Source of the DNA: a virus | Lineage: Duplodnaviria > Caudoviricetes | DNA: 58,692 bases | Strand: one strand, 5' to 3' | IMG/VR virus record: IMGVR_UViG_3300030102_006279 | Span: 1 to 58,692 of that record | Notes under the pieces: generated by a model | The model's input: the letters and a program-made list of their open reading frames with translations, nothing else | The model's database searches: none | What the model was told of the DNA's origin: nothing | In this document: piece by piece, positions 45,577 through 55,409 of the stretch | Numbering within the stretch: position 1 is the first letter of the stretch | How the letters are laid out: every line of letters starts with the position of its first letter | Position numbers and translations under genes: made by a program

Positions 45577-47445
45577 TTATAAGGCTTCACCAAAATTATT
45601 ACCAAGAGCAACATCTACAACACTGGGAACCTTTAATTTTATGCAGTGTTCCATGGCATTTTTGATAATTTCTACATCTTTTTCATCTTTAATACTAAAA
45701 CAAAGCTCATCATGGATTTGCAACATAGGTAAATAGCCCAATTTATAACAATCCACCACGGCTTGTTTCGTCTGGTCAGCAGCACTGCCTTGGATTAAAC
45801 GGTTGAGTGCCTTATAAGTGAAAGCACGCTTAATATTATCAGCACCATACTTGGCTGAGGCATTGTCAAATCGCTCTGCTGTGTGTATTCCAAAATCTTT
45901 TGGCTCCCATAGGTCAAAACGACATTTACGGCCTAATTTCGTGCGAATAACGCCCTCTGAGGACGCTTTTTGCATACATTTATCAGATAATGCCTTCACA
46001 AAAGGTGCTTTGGTGTTGTATTTGTTGATCAAACCATGAGCTTCATCCGCATCAACCCCTAACATTGTGGCTAATTTGTTCTTACCCATGCCGTACATAA
46101 GTCCCAGTCCAATAGTTTTTGCTTGCTTACGCTCTATACCAATCAAATCGGCGACCGTTTGATGAAAGTCAGCATCTGCGTTGGTGTACGCTTCAACCAG
46201 TTCCTGTGAGCCCTCGTACCCTTCACCGATAGATGCAGCATAATGCACCACAAGTCGTGGTTCTTGTTGCGAGTAGTCAAAGCTACCCCACTGCTCTCCT
46301 TCTTCCGGTAAAAACAAACCCCTAATGAGTGGACCGAACTCTTTAGATCTTGCCGGTAACTGTTGTAGGTTCGGATGTGACATAGACAAACGACCACTTA
46401 TGGTGCCACCTCGGTCGTTCTTGATCTGCCTGATCTCTGCGTGAATACGACCTTTATGTTCAAACTTCATGATAGAGCTCAAGAAGGTATTATGAAATTT
46501 ATTTATCTCTCTTGCCTGGACAATGTACTTGCTGATCTCCTCTTTACTATTCATCAACCAGTTTTGCGTAAAGCTGGGTTCGTCAGTCTTGGTGCGTGGA
46601 TATTCAATCCCTAATCTGTCAAACGCATGACCGATTTGTCGTGCTGCCCAGATATCAATATCTTGTCCCACTAGTTTTTTTATCTTATTCAATAATGCTT
46701 TTTCTTGTTTAACAAAGTATACCTGCAAATGTTCACACTTCTCGGTATCTACCCGAATACCTTTGGCACGCATCTCTATGGTAATTGGCAACAGTGTTTT
46801 TTCTAACTCCCAAATGGTGGTCAAACTTTGTTGATGTAATTCAACTTTAAATCTTTGCCACAGTTGATACGTGAGCCGTGCATCTTGTTCAGCATAGAAA
46901 CCAACATGTTCTGCCGGTAACTTCCACATCTCACCTTTGGGGTCTACCCCGTGCTGTTGCGCAGCTTCAACCAACTCTGTTTCAGCTTTGAGTTCACCTA
47001 AATATTCTTTGGATAAAGCATTTAAACTTTGACTAAATCTGTTTTCGTCTAATAAAGCACCCACCACCATGGTATCTACGATCTCACCTTGCACTTCAAT
47101 ACCCATCGCTTTGAGCCAGCCAACATCATACTGTGCATTGTGAAAAATTTTAGTGCAGGGTAATGCACAAATATCTTTCATGTATTTGATCACTTGCTCT
47201 TTAATTAAATTACCGCCCCCAAAATGTGCAAATGGATAGTAACCTTGCCACCCTTCTACCGCAACTGCAAAACCTATGACCTCACCGTGGTTCGTGGCCC
47301 AGCCTGCGCCAAGACCTGCATTTAATCCTTCGTCACGTGTTTCTAAATCTATGGCGATCTCGTCGTAACCACTTAAATCTTTATATTCACTGGGAGCTGA
47401 CCAAATATTCTTTTTAAAATTAAATGTCATTTGCAGGTTAGCCAT
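45577..47445 (-). CDS. polA: DNA polymerase family A with 3'-5' exonuclease
   Basis: Exo DLET, HNAQYD, YAEQDA; motif A DYSQQEPR, motif B RKQAKTIGLGLMYG, motif C IHDEL. Confidence 0.96.
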   Translation of the reverse strand: MANLQMTFNFKKNIWSAPSEYKDLSGYDEIAIDLETRDEGLNAGLGAGWATNHGEVIGFAVAVEGWQGYYPFAHFGGGNLIKEQVIKYMKDICALPCTKIFHNAQYDVGWLKAMGIEVQGEIVDTMVVGALLDENRFSQSLNALSKEYLGELKAETELVEAAQQHGVDPKGEMWKLPAEHVGFYAEQDARLTYQLWQRFKVELHQQSLTTIWELEKTLLPITIEMRAKGIRVDTEKCEHLQVYFVKQEKALLNKIKKLVGQDIDIWAARQIGHAFDRLGIEYPRTKTDEPSFTQNWLMNSKEEISKYIVQAREINKFHNTFLSSIMKFEHKGRIHAEIRQIKNDRGGTISGRLSMSHPNLQQLPARSKEFGPLIRGLFLPEEGEQWGSFDYSQQEPRLVVHYAASIGEGYEGSQELVEAYTNADADFHQTVADLIGIERKQAKTIGLGLMYGMGKNKLATMLGVDADEAHGLINKYNTKAPFVKALSDKCMQKASSEGVIRTKLGRKCRFDLWEPKDFGIHTAERFDNASAKYGADNIKRAFTYKALNRLIQGSAADQTKQAVVDCYKLGYLPMLQIHDELCFSIKDEKDVEIIKNAMEHCIKLKVPSVVDVALGNNFGEAL

Positions 47446-49054
47446 TCTTTTTCTCCTGTATGTAAACGAAATAATCTTCTCCAATAGGATAGTTATATCT
47501 GTAATCTGTTGATAGGATGTGCAAAGTGTCCTTTGCTCGTGTCACCCCTGTATAAAAAACTCTTCTCTCGTCTGATCGCTCATCTATATTTTTGTGTGCA
47601 TACGATGACGGATAGTTACCCTTAGAGCATAACAATACATTGTTTGCCTCTCCTCCTTTCACTGAATGTATAGTGTCAATAATAATGTCAGGTTCAGCAT
47701 CTAATGATGACTGACCATAACGCTGTAAAATTCTTTTAAAATATAAAACCTGTGGTTCTTTAAAATTTCTTTTTAAAATATCAAACCAAGGTAAGAACTG
47801 ATCCATGGGTTTTAAATCAAGACCACAGTAATCCACCAAGTCTTCAAACGATAGTTCTGTAAAGTTATCTGTCTTTAACCAAAATTTTTGCGTACGAAAG
47901 TCAGGATGTTTTAATTCTCTAATGTACCGATACATGTGTTCAGCTTCTTTGTTGGTAATTGTTTTTTTGTTGCTAAGTTTGGTCCAAGTTTTTATCGCAT
48001 CCCATTGTCTACGATCAAAGGATTTATTGCCTTTGTTATCTGAAAAATATAACCCTGAATTTTTTGCAAAACCTCTAAGTTCATTTACCACTGTGTTAAC
48101 TCTTCCAAGTATGTACCAAGTGCCAGGTATTTCTCCAATCGGTATCTCATTAAAATTTAAGTAACGTTTGACAATACCTTCTTTATGTTCATGTTCATAT
48201 TCTTTTTCTACGCTATCTAGTATACCACTTCTTATAACTTGTGAAAAATCATGTATTTCTTTGCCAAACCTTCTAGTTTTTCTTAAAATAACTTTGCGAC
48301 CAGGAAAATAAGTTGTAAAGTATTTTGGATCTGCTCCGTTCCAACGATAGATGCCTTGATCATCATCACCCGCTAAATAAATACGTTCCACATTGTCTAC
48401 CATTTTATAAATGACTGACCATTGTAGTGGTGTAAAGTCTTGTGCTTCGTCTAATATTAAAAGTTTTAATGGTGGAAAGTTGACTTCATCAATCGCTCTC
48501 ATAATCATGTCAGTAAAATCAATAAACGAATCTTTTTTGTAATGTTCATAAGTCGCAATCTTTCTAAAGTAAACATCTAACGAATCTTTTTGATAAGACT
48601 CTAGTTTCCAAACTAATTCTGGGTCAAGCATCATGTTACGTGCTTTGTCGTACACACCAAGCGACCAGTCTTTATACATGTAATTGTCGTCTGCTAATCT
48701 TTCATCAGAACTTTTTAATATGTTTGCGTTTAATGCGTAATCCAACATACAGTTTTTAGGATCAAATACTTCTTCATCAAAGTATTGCCTACAGTATTTA
48801 TGTAATGTTTTAAAACGAGTAAAGTCTTCTACCTTAAACTGCGGAAAAGCTTTTATGGCTCTTTCAATTGCTGTGTTTACTGCTTTATTAGTAAACGATA
48901 TAAATGCAATCTCGTTAGGGTGCACTCCCTTGTTAAGGTAACCTTTTAAAACCCTTTCTATCAAAGTGTAAGTCTTACCTGTACCTGGTGGTCCAAATAT
49001 TTTTATAGTCTTCCTATGTAGACTTTTGGTTTTCTGGTTTTCTAAATTTGTCAT
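47438..49054 (-). CDS. UvrD/Rep-like SF1 helicase
   Basis: GPPGTGKT, SFTNKA, LDEAQD, GDDDQGIY, TIHSVKGGE, YTGVTRAK. Confidence 0.93.
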   Translation of the reverse strand: MTNLENQKTKSLHRKTIKIFGPPGTGKTYTLIERVLKGYLNKGVHPNEIAFISFTNKAVNTAIERAIKAFPQFKVEDFTRFKTLHKYCRQYFDEEVFDPKNCMLDYALNANILKSSDERLADDNYMYKDWSLGVYDKARNMMLDPELVWKLESYQKDSLDVYFRKIATYEHYKKDSFIDFTDMIMRAIDEVNFPPLKLLILDEAQDFTPLQWSVIYKMVDNVERIYLAGDDDQGIYRWNGADPKYFTTYFPGRKVILRKTRRFGKEIHDFSQVIRSGILDSVEKEYEHEHKEGIVKRYLNFNEIPIGEIPGTWYILGRVNTVVNELRGFAKNSGLYFSDNKGNKSFDRRQWDAIKTWTKLSNKKTITNKEAEHMYRYIRELKHPDFRTQKFWLKTDNFTELSFEDLVDYCGLDLKPMDQFLPWFDILKRNFKEPQVLYFKRILQRYGQSSLDAEPDIIIDTIHSVKGGEANNVLLCSKGNYPSSYAHKNIDERSDERRVFYTGVTRAKDTLHILSTDYRYNYPIGEDYFVYIQEKKNG

Positions 49055-50606
49055 GATAAGCTTCGTCCATTTCGCTAATGGTGTCTTTTATTTTTGGTTT
49101 TGGTTTTCTATAACTTACAAACTCAGGCATCTGCACCGACCAAATATTTCTTTTATCAGATTTTGGCACATCAGGATGACCAGTCAAATAATCAGAATGT
49201 ACACACCCTAACATTTTCAAAGCTTGTGATGCACTTTTGAATAGACCATTGTTCTTTTTTGCTAAAAACTTTTCTAAGGTTTCTTTTTTGAAATAGCACA
49301 TGTTTGTTTTAGAATCTATCACAACATAGTTGTCTTTTAATTTATCAAACTTATCTTGTTCTATGTGCGCCTCAAAGAAATCTTTCAGTAATCCATACTT
49401 CTTCTCTTCAACGGTGTCTTTATATAAATGTCTTTTATCTTCTATTGCACTTTCTACTAATCTTTGCATCAGTAAGTCAAATGGGTTTGGACCTTTTCTA
49501 GATGGTTTCAGTTCCATCCAATATATTTGTTCGTATGCAAGTCTAACCTTAAATGACTTTTGATCTTTAATATCTTCAGGAGTTACCGTTATCTCTTTAC
49601 CTTTAAACTTAAAGGTATACTCCATTGTTTTAATACCTTTGACAAAGGTCACATCTTCAAAATCATCAATGATCTCTGGTATTGCCGCACCTATACCAAG
49701 TCGTCTTTGCTGACATAACTCTTTATTGCAAATAGGTTGTAACTCAGGGTGTTTTGGAGGACATTGATAATCATAATTACCCTTATGTACAGACTTACAA
49801 AGATTTATAACTTCGTTCTGCCCTAATGGATTATGAAATATTTGATTGTTTCTTTGTATACCAATCTCTTGTATCTGTTGTATGCTCAATGCAGAATTCT
49901 TTTTACCTTCTAAGACCAAAATATTAAATAAATAATTATTTCTATTGTTACCTGCCCAACCTTCTTGAATGAGTTTTTGAGCACATGGCGGGTAATGTCG
50001 CCACTCTGATTCAAGATCATATTCTTGTACCTTTAAATTATAAAAATCCTCTGGTGCTATTTTCTTCTGTTCTGCAAGTTTTAAAAATCTTCCTACAAGT
50101 AACGCGTTATTGTTATCATCATACGCATGTTCCATGGTGGCTTCTTGATCATTATATGGCATGTTTAACATTTTGTTACATGGAAATACTTCCTGAGCTT
50201 GAAAATATTCATTGTTTATTTTTGATAGAACTTTAGATACTTTTTTTGTATCAGCCCAGTCTGTAAAGAATACAAAAATATGTAATCCACCTGATTTTGA
50301 TTTAACAGCAATTAAAGGGAGATTAAATTTTTTTATAATATCTACATACTTTTTTGATGAGAATGATGTGTAACTGTGTGGGTCAACGTCAATACAACCC
50401 CACAGACATCTACCGTCCAGCTCAGGCTTAAGGCCTATACGGATCTTCCCGTCTAAGTGTTCTTGCCATAACTCTGGTGTCAGTGGTTCGTGTATCGTTT
50501 GATACTCTGTCCCTTTCTTACCCCTCTCGTCGTCCTTGCCGGTGAGCAAGGACTTGAGGTAACGGGTGTTGTCACCCGCAAAAAGTGTAAACAACTTTTC
50601 GTGCAT
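49014..50606 (-). CDS. AEP-type primase with Cys-rich C-terminal (PriCT-like) region
   Basis: GCIDVD (DxD), KSKSGGLH, EVFP, NMPY; PPC..RNN..C..C..C. Confidence 0.75.
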   Translation of the reverse strand: MHEKLFTLFAGDNTRYLKSLLTGKDDERGKKGTEYQTIHEPLTPELWQEHLDGKIRIGLKPELDGRCLWGCIDVDPHSYTSFSSKKYVDIIKKFNLPLIAVKSKSGGLHIFVFFTDWADTKKVSKVLSKINNEYFQAQEVFPCNKMLNMPYNDQEATMEHAYDDNNNALLVGRFLKLAEQKKIAPEDFYNLKVQEYDLESEWRHYPPCAQKLIQEGWAGNNRNNYLFNILVLEGKKNSALSIQQIQEIGIQRNNQIFHNPLGQNEVINLCKSVHKGNYDYQCPPKHPELQPICNKELCQQRRLGIGAAIPEIIDDFEDVTFVKGIKTMEYTFKFKGKEITVTPEDIKDQKSFKVRLAYEQIYWMELKPSRKGPNPFDLLMQRLVESAIEDKRHLYKDTVEEKKYGLLKDFFEAHIEQDKFDKLKDNYVVIDSKTNMCYFKKETLEKFLAKKNNGLFKSASQALKMLGCVHSDYLTGHPDVPKSDKRNIWSVQMPEFVSYRKPKPKIKDTISEMDEAYHDKFRKPENQKST

Positions 50607-50609
50607 GAC

Positions 50610-51431
50610 TTAAAAAACTTCTGTTTCTTTAGCTTCAAGAGACTTTACAGAAGAACCCTCAGGGTTACTACTGGTCATGTCCATCTCTTTAAAAGTTTCA
50701 TGAAGTTTTTTAGCCTTAGAGTAGAGCTCACATTCTTTTTCACTGGTAGTGTCAACAATGCGGTCAAAACTTACTCTGTAGTTATGATATATGTCTCCTG
50801 CTTTTGATTTTTCGGCTTGAGATCCAAAATCATAAATCTGACCAAAACTTGCTGGATTGTATGTGCCAGTCCCACTTGCTTTTGGTGCCCTTTGATTTTT
50901 AATCAAAGTATTCCAAGCATCGGAAACTTTCTTTTTAGATATGGCCATAGTAATTACAGCATGCCCAACTTCATTGTAACCATCATCCAATAAAAGACAG
51001 AAATGATTACCTGTGTTTTCTATAACACGATATGGGTCATCTTTTAAAATATCTTTTGTACCTTGTTTGGTAGTTAGGTGCATGATATTTTGAGTGTGAA
51101 TAATTGGCGCAGGTAATTTTGACTCTGCAGGAGCCTCTCTGGTGCTCCACTCGTTGAATGTATTCAGGTACATAACACAAATAACCTTGATACCTTGATC
51201 GCCCTTGAAGAGTTGTCCAGTTGATTCAATATACAAATCACCAGGCTCTGCATTTGGAATATGTTTATCTGAACCTTTTTTTGTTTCATCACTGCTACTT
51301 TGTAATAGTTTCATGTATGGAACTTTAAGTTCGTCAGATTTAATATTTTCAGTGCCAAGTCCTGCATCTTCTTCAAGATTTACAACATTGGTGCTTACTT
51401 TTGTTTCGTTTTTCTTTGCTACTTTCGTCAT
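50610..51431 (-). CDS. Probable single-stranded DNA-binding protein
   Basis: GLGTENI..PYMKLLQ..G, EW, acidic C-terminus ending in Phe; replication-module position. Confidence 0.55.
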   Translation of the reverse strand: MTKVAKKNETKVSTNVVNLEEDAGLGTENIKSDELKVPYMKLLQSSSDETKKGSDKHIPNAEPGDLYIESTGQLFKGDQGIKVICVMYLNTFNEWSTREAPAESKLPAPIIHTQNIMHLTTKQGTKDILKDDPYRVIENTGNHFCLLLDDGYNEVGHAVITMAISKKKVSDAWNTLIKNQRAPKASGTGTYNPASFGQIYDFGSQAEKSKAGDIYHNYRVSFDRIVDTTSEKECELYSKAKKLHETFKEMDMTSSNPEGSSVKSLEAKETEVF

Positions 51432-51434
51432 AGT

Positions 51435-51998
51435 TTAGTTCTCCGGTAAAATTAATTTTGTTTGCTTCGCTTGATAAACGCCCAACAACTTAGTGTCCAC
51501 CATGCGACCATTACGAAATTCCTCTCGTACGTATGCGCTTAGTGTATTAGCATGAACGCCTTGTTTTTGCTTGCAGTTAAAGTTTCTTGCCTGTAGATCA
51601 GATACAAAGTTTTGAGCTTCTGCATCTTCACTTGTATCAAAATCCACTGACACCGTGTTTTTAATTAAATGACCAGCGCCGTTTTCACGAAGCCAATTTA
51701 ATGCTTCTTCTTGGTCTGATACTTTAATTCTTGCTGAAATAAAATCACTAACTTTAACACGAGCACCTCCGTACTCTTCTGAACATTTAAAGTCTTCCAT
51801 TCCAGCAGCCTGCATGGCCTCAGGTATTAGTACTTCAGAAAATTCCCTTTCAAGGCTCTTAAGTTCTTTGAGCTTTTTTTCAGTTCCTTCTATATCTTTC
51901 TGAGTTTCTAATAGCCTTTGGCAAAGTTGTCCGATCGCATTAGTTTTTGATGGGTCTACATCTATGCTAATGTTTACGGAGTCTTGTTCTAGGTCCAT
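51435..51998 (-). CDS. Conserved replication-module protein
   Basis: IPEAM, ALNWLRENGAGHLIK, VHANTLSAYVRE; RBS AGGAGG. Confidence 0.75.
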   Translation of the reverse strand: MDLEQDSVNISIDVDPSKTNAIGQLCQRLLETQKDIEGTEKKLKELKSLEREFSEVLIPEAMQAAGMEDFKCSEEYGGARVKVSDFISARIKVSDQEEALNWLRENGAGHLIKNTVSVDFDTSEDAEAQNFVSDLQARNFNCKQKQGVHANTLSAYVREEFRNGRMVDTKLLGVYQAKQTKLILPEN

Positions 51999-52028
51999 AA
52001 AACCCTCCTATGTAATTTATGAGATTCT

Positions 52029-52074
52029 AGGATAAATATTGTGCCTTGAATTGTCAACAAAAAAATAATATTAT
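52029..52074. promoter_or_regulatory. Overlapping divergent sigma70-type promoters
   Basis: Minus: TTGACA-17-TATCCT (52057-52029); plus: TTGAAT-17-TATTAT (52046-52074). Confidence 0.7.
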
Positions 52075-52102
52075 ATCAATTAAATTATAGGAGAACTATT
52101 AA

Positions 52103-53521
52103 ATGCAATCAACTTACAGTTTTAAGACTGAACCGTATCAATACCAGCTAGAAGCTTTTGAAGAGGGTAAAGATCGCTTACATTATGCTTATTTTATGGA
52201 AATGGGCACAGGAAAAACAAAAGTGACCATTGATAATTTAGGGCATCTGTACCACACAAATAAAATTAATTTTGCTTTGGTTGTTGCTCCAAACACAGTC
52301 TATCAGAACTGGAAGAGAGAATTAAGTGCTCATTGTTCTGTTGATATATCAGTGTTTACTTATAAAGTTGATAAAATAAAAAACTTTGCATTTGATGAGG
52401 ATAAGTTAAATATTTTTTTAATGAATGTAGAAGCCTTCAGTCATAAATCAGGCAAGACTGTTGCTAACATGCTGTTAGGATCATATGGTCATAAGGGTTG
52501 TATGGTCATTGATGAATCAACTACGATTAAAAACAGGACAGCGATTAGAACAAAAAACATTGTTACTTTAGGCCGTAAGGCAAAGTATAGAAGAATCTTA
52601 ACTGGTTCACCGATAACAAAGAGTCCTCTGGATTTATTTAGTCAAGCAACATTCTTACATGATGACCTTTTAGAATGTAAAAATAATTATTATGTTTTTC
52701 AAAACACTTATTGCATCTTACGAAGAGTTACTAATCCTTCTGGCAGAGATTTTAGTATGCCGGTGGGTTACAAAGATTTAGGTCGTCTTGAAAAAATTGT
52801 AAAATCTTTTTCTTATCGTGTAAGAAAAAAAGATTGTCTTGATTTACCTGATAAAGTTTATCAAAAAAGATTAATACCTTTATCCAAAAAACAAAGAGAT
52901 ATTTATGATCAGCTAAAAGAAAATGCTAGAGTCATTATTGAAGATAAAACTGTGCAATATAACACCAAACTTACAGAGATTATCAAACTGCTGCAAGTAA
53001 CTGCAGGTTTTTTAAAGACTGAAGAAGGTGATATAGAAGAATTCGAAAGTGCCAAGATGAAAGAGCTACTTAATGTGATTGATGAAACAGAAGGTAAGGT
53101 TATTATCTGGGCTAACTGGGTGCACAGCTTAGAGATGATTATTAGAGAACTTAAAAAGAAATATGGTGATGATAGCGTGGTTGCTATTTACGGTGATATA
53201 CCAGAACAGCAAAGAGAAGAAGCAGTTTTAGATTTTCAATCAAATAAGAAAGTAAGATTTTTTGTAAGTAACCCACAAACAGGAGGTTATGGTTTGACAT
53301 TGACTGAGGCAAACACTGTAATTTATTTTAGTAACAATTATGATTTAGAACAACGACAGCAGTCTGAAGACAGAGCACACCGTATTGGTCAAAATAATAA
53401 AGTTTTATATATTGATCTTGTTGCAGAAAAAACAGTAGATGAATCTGTAATCAGAGCGTTAAATCAAAAAATTAAGCTTAGCGCTGAGACTTTGGGTGAG
53501 GAGGTCCTTGCATTTTTATGA
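52103..53521 (+). CDS. SNF2-family SF2 helicase
   Basis: EMGTGKT, IDES, LTGSP, GYGLTL, QSEDRAHRIGQ. Confidence 0.93.
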   Translation: MQSTYSFKTEPYQYQLEAFEEGKDRLHYAYFMEMGTGKTKVTIDNLGHLYHTNKINFALVVAPNTVYQNWKRELSAHCSVDISVFTYKVDKIKNFAFDEDKLNIFLMNVEAFSHKSGKTVANMLLGSYGHKGCMVIDESTTIKNRTAIRTKNIVTLGRKAKYRRILTGSPITKSPLDLFSQATFLHDDLLECKNNYYVFQNTYCILRRVTNPSGRDFSMPVGYKDLGRLEKIVKSFSYRVRKKDCLDLPDKVYQKRLIPLSKKQRDIYDQLKENARVIIEDKTVQYNTKLTEIIKLLQVTAGFLKTEEGDIEEFESAKMKELLNVIDETEGKVIIWANWVHSLEMIIRELKKKYGDDSVVAIYGDIPEQQREEAVLDFQSNKKVRFFVSNPQTGGYGLTLTEANTVIYFSNNYDLEQRQQSEDRAHRIGQNNKVLYIDLVAEKTVDESVIRALNQKIKLSAETLGEEVLAFL

Positions 53522-53973
53522 GAATAGATAGAATTTGGGCTATGCCCTCACACAAAACATTTACGATTAAACCCATAAAAGAGTTGATTCAAGATGAGAT
53601 AGGGGAAGATTATTTAGATCCTTTTCCTTATCCATATGAACAGGATGCAATAGATTACCTTAAAACAATACCTGATTTGTCAGAGGATTATTGTGTTTTT
53701 GATCCACCTTACTCACAACGACAGCTTAAAGAGATGTACCATTCTAATGGTATATCCTTAGAGCATCCAATGAACAATAGCTATTGGGCAAAATGTAGAA
53801 AAGAGATAGGTAGGATCATAAGACCAGGTGGCAAAGTAATATCTTTTGGTTGGAATAGCTCTGGTATAGGAAAAAAGTATAGCTTTGAAATTAGTCGTAT
53901 ATTATTAGTTGCGCATGGAAGTCAACATAATGACACCATATGCACAGTAGAAGTTAAACAGGGTTTATTTTAA
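53518..53973 (+). CDS. Putative adenine-specific DNA methyltransferase (small)
   Basis: WAMP..TF, LDPF, VFDPPYS catalytic motif IV, ISFGWNS. Confidence 0.7.
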   Translation: MRIDRIWAMPSHKTFTIKPIKELIQDEIGEDYLDPFPYPYEQDAIDYLKTIPDLSEDYCVFDPPYSQRQLKEMYHSNGISLEHPMNNSYWAKCRKEIGRIIRPGGKVISFGWNSSGIGKKYSFEISRILLVAHGSQHNDTICTVEVKQGLF

Positions 53974-54670
53974 AATAATCATCAACTTTTTTTAACCATA
54001 AGTCCTCATACTTTTTTAGCATGTTTTTATCCATAAAAAATTCTTGAAAATACAAATCTTTGGTGCAAATAAGAACAACACCTTGTTCGATACTTCCATA
54101 CTGTTTTTTATGAGCTAGACTGTACGCTCCTATTTGATAAAAATAATCTTCTATCCATTCTTTTCTTTTTGGTTTATTACTTTGTTTAAAATCACCAATG
54201 GTGGGTCTATCTTTGTACCGACAAATTAAATCAGCTGAACCTGCCCAGCGATCTTCATAGGCTAAACTTACTTCAGTTCCATAAACTTCAGATAAGTCAC
54301 CTAAGTTATTAACAATGGTATGCGCCATCATTCTAGGTAGGTGTCCGCTTTTTCTTAAATTTAAATAGCCAACCCCATTCATATACTGTTCAAGAACATA
54401 GTGCATTTCAGTTCCTCTCGTAGCCGCCTGGGTCGTGATGCGTTGAGCCTCTTGATGTCCGATCCTATTTCTCCACTTATCTAAAGCTTGTTTTTTCTCT
54501 TCAGATTGTGTGCCAGATAAAATGGTTGTTACACTTGGAACTTTATTACCGTCTACATTGTAGGTTCGTGGCCCGTCAGTGTCATTACGGGTGTAGTGCC
54601 TATAATCGTAAGGGCGTGTTTTTTTAAAACCAGTTATCGTAAAACTATTTTCATTTTTAATTATTTTCAT
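53954..54670 (-). CDS. PD-(D/E)XK exonuclease
   Basis: PSVTTIL, RGTEMH, TE, AGSADL, DFKQS, Y..Q..AY. Confidence 0.88.
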   Translation of the reverse strand: MKIIKNENSFTITGFKKTRPYDYRHYTRNDTDGPRTYNVDGNKVPSVTTILSGTQSEEKKQALDKWRNRIGHQEAQRITTQAATRGTEMHYVLEQYMNGVGYLNLRKSGHLPRMMAHTIVNNLGDLSEVYGTEVSLAYEDRWAGSADLICRYKDRPTIGDFKQSNKPKRKEWIEDYFYQIGAYSLAHKKQYGSIEQGVVLICTKDLYFQEFFMDKNMLKKYEDLWLKKVDDYFKINPV

Positions 54671-55409
54671 TACGAATTTTATTATTATACTTGATAACAG
54701 AGTTTATTATATTTAAGTCTAAGCCATAATACAAAGCGGATAAATATAAAGCAGCGATATCTTTAGGTAGACACTCGCCACCAAAACCACGCTCATCAGA
54801 TACATAGCTATGACTCGGCCCAATACGAGGATCTGCGGTTACATGTTTTCTAATGTTATCAAAATTTAAACCAGATACATGGCAGTAATCATATAGTTGA
54901 TTGAAAAAAGCAACCTTAGTTGCAAGAAAAGCATTTCTAAAATATTTAATCGTAATTAAATCTTTGGGGTCAGTTTCTATAATATGTGGGCAATTTAGAA
55001 AAACTTCTTTGAATATTTTAGTCCAAAATTTTACTTCTTTACCACCAAGCATTATAACTGTTTGCTCTCTTAAATCTTCTAAAGCATTATCCGATCTTAA
55101 AAATTCAGGTGAAAAAGCAATCTTTCTATCAAATCTATCGTTAATGTAAGACCAGCCCTGTAAAGATATAGTGCTTTTAATCAAGATAGGTACATCTGGA
55201 CAGTCTTTAAGAACTTCTGTGACATGTATCATGTTACAAGCGCCGGCTAGTCCTTTTGGTGTAGGCACACAAACAATCACTGCATCAATGGTGTCGTCAA
55301 ATTTTCTGTCATAATGCTTAGGGTCTATAATGACAACTTCATGAAAATTTTGAAATAAAGCAGCATGTGCTCTACCGACAACTCCGTAACCTGCTATGGC
55401 TATCCTCAT
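54657..55409 (-). CDS. UDP-glucose/GDP-mannose dehydrogenase family protein (short form)
   Basis: GYGVVG Rossmann, CVPTP, KST, SPEFL, K..N, GFGGECLPKD. Confidence 0.88.
   Translation of the reverse strand: MRIAIAGYGVVGRAHAALFQNFHEVVIIDPKHYDRKFDDTIDAVIVCVPTPKGLAGACNMIHVTEVLKDCPDVPILIKSTISLQGWSYINDRFDRKIAFSPEFLRSDNALEDLREQTVIMLGGKEVKFWTKIFKEVFLNCPHIIETDPKDLITIKYFRNAFLATKVAFFNQLYDYCHVSGLNFDNIRKHVTADPRIGPSHSYVSDERGFGGECLPKDIAALYLSALYYGLDLNIINSVIKYNNKIRNENN

Noticed and set aside
53954-54670. Cas4 as part of a CRISPR system
   Set aside because: PD-(D/E)XK exonuclease without the four-Cys Fe-S motif; no cas neighbours
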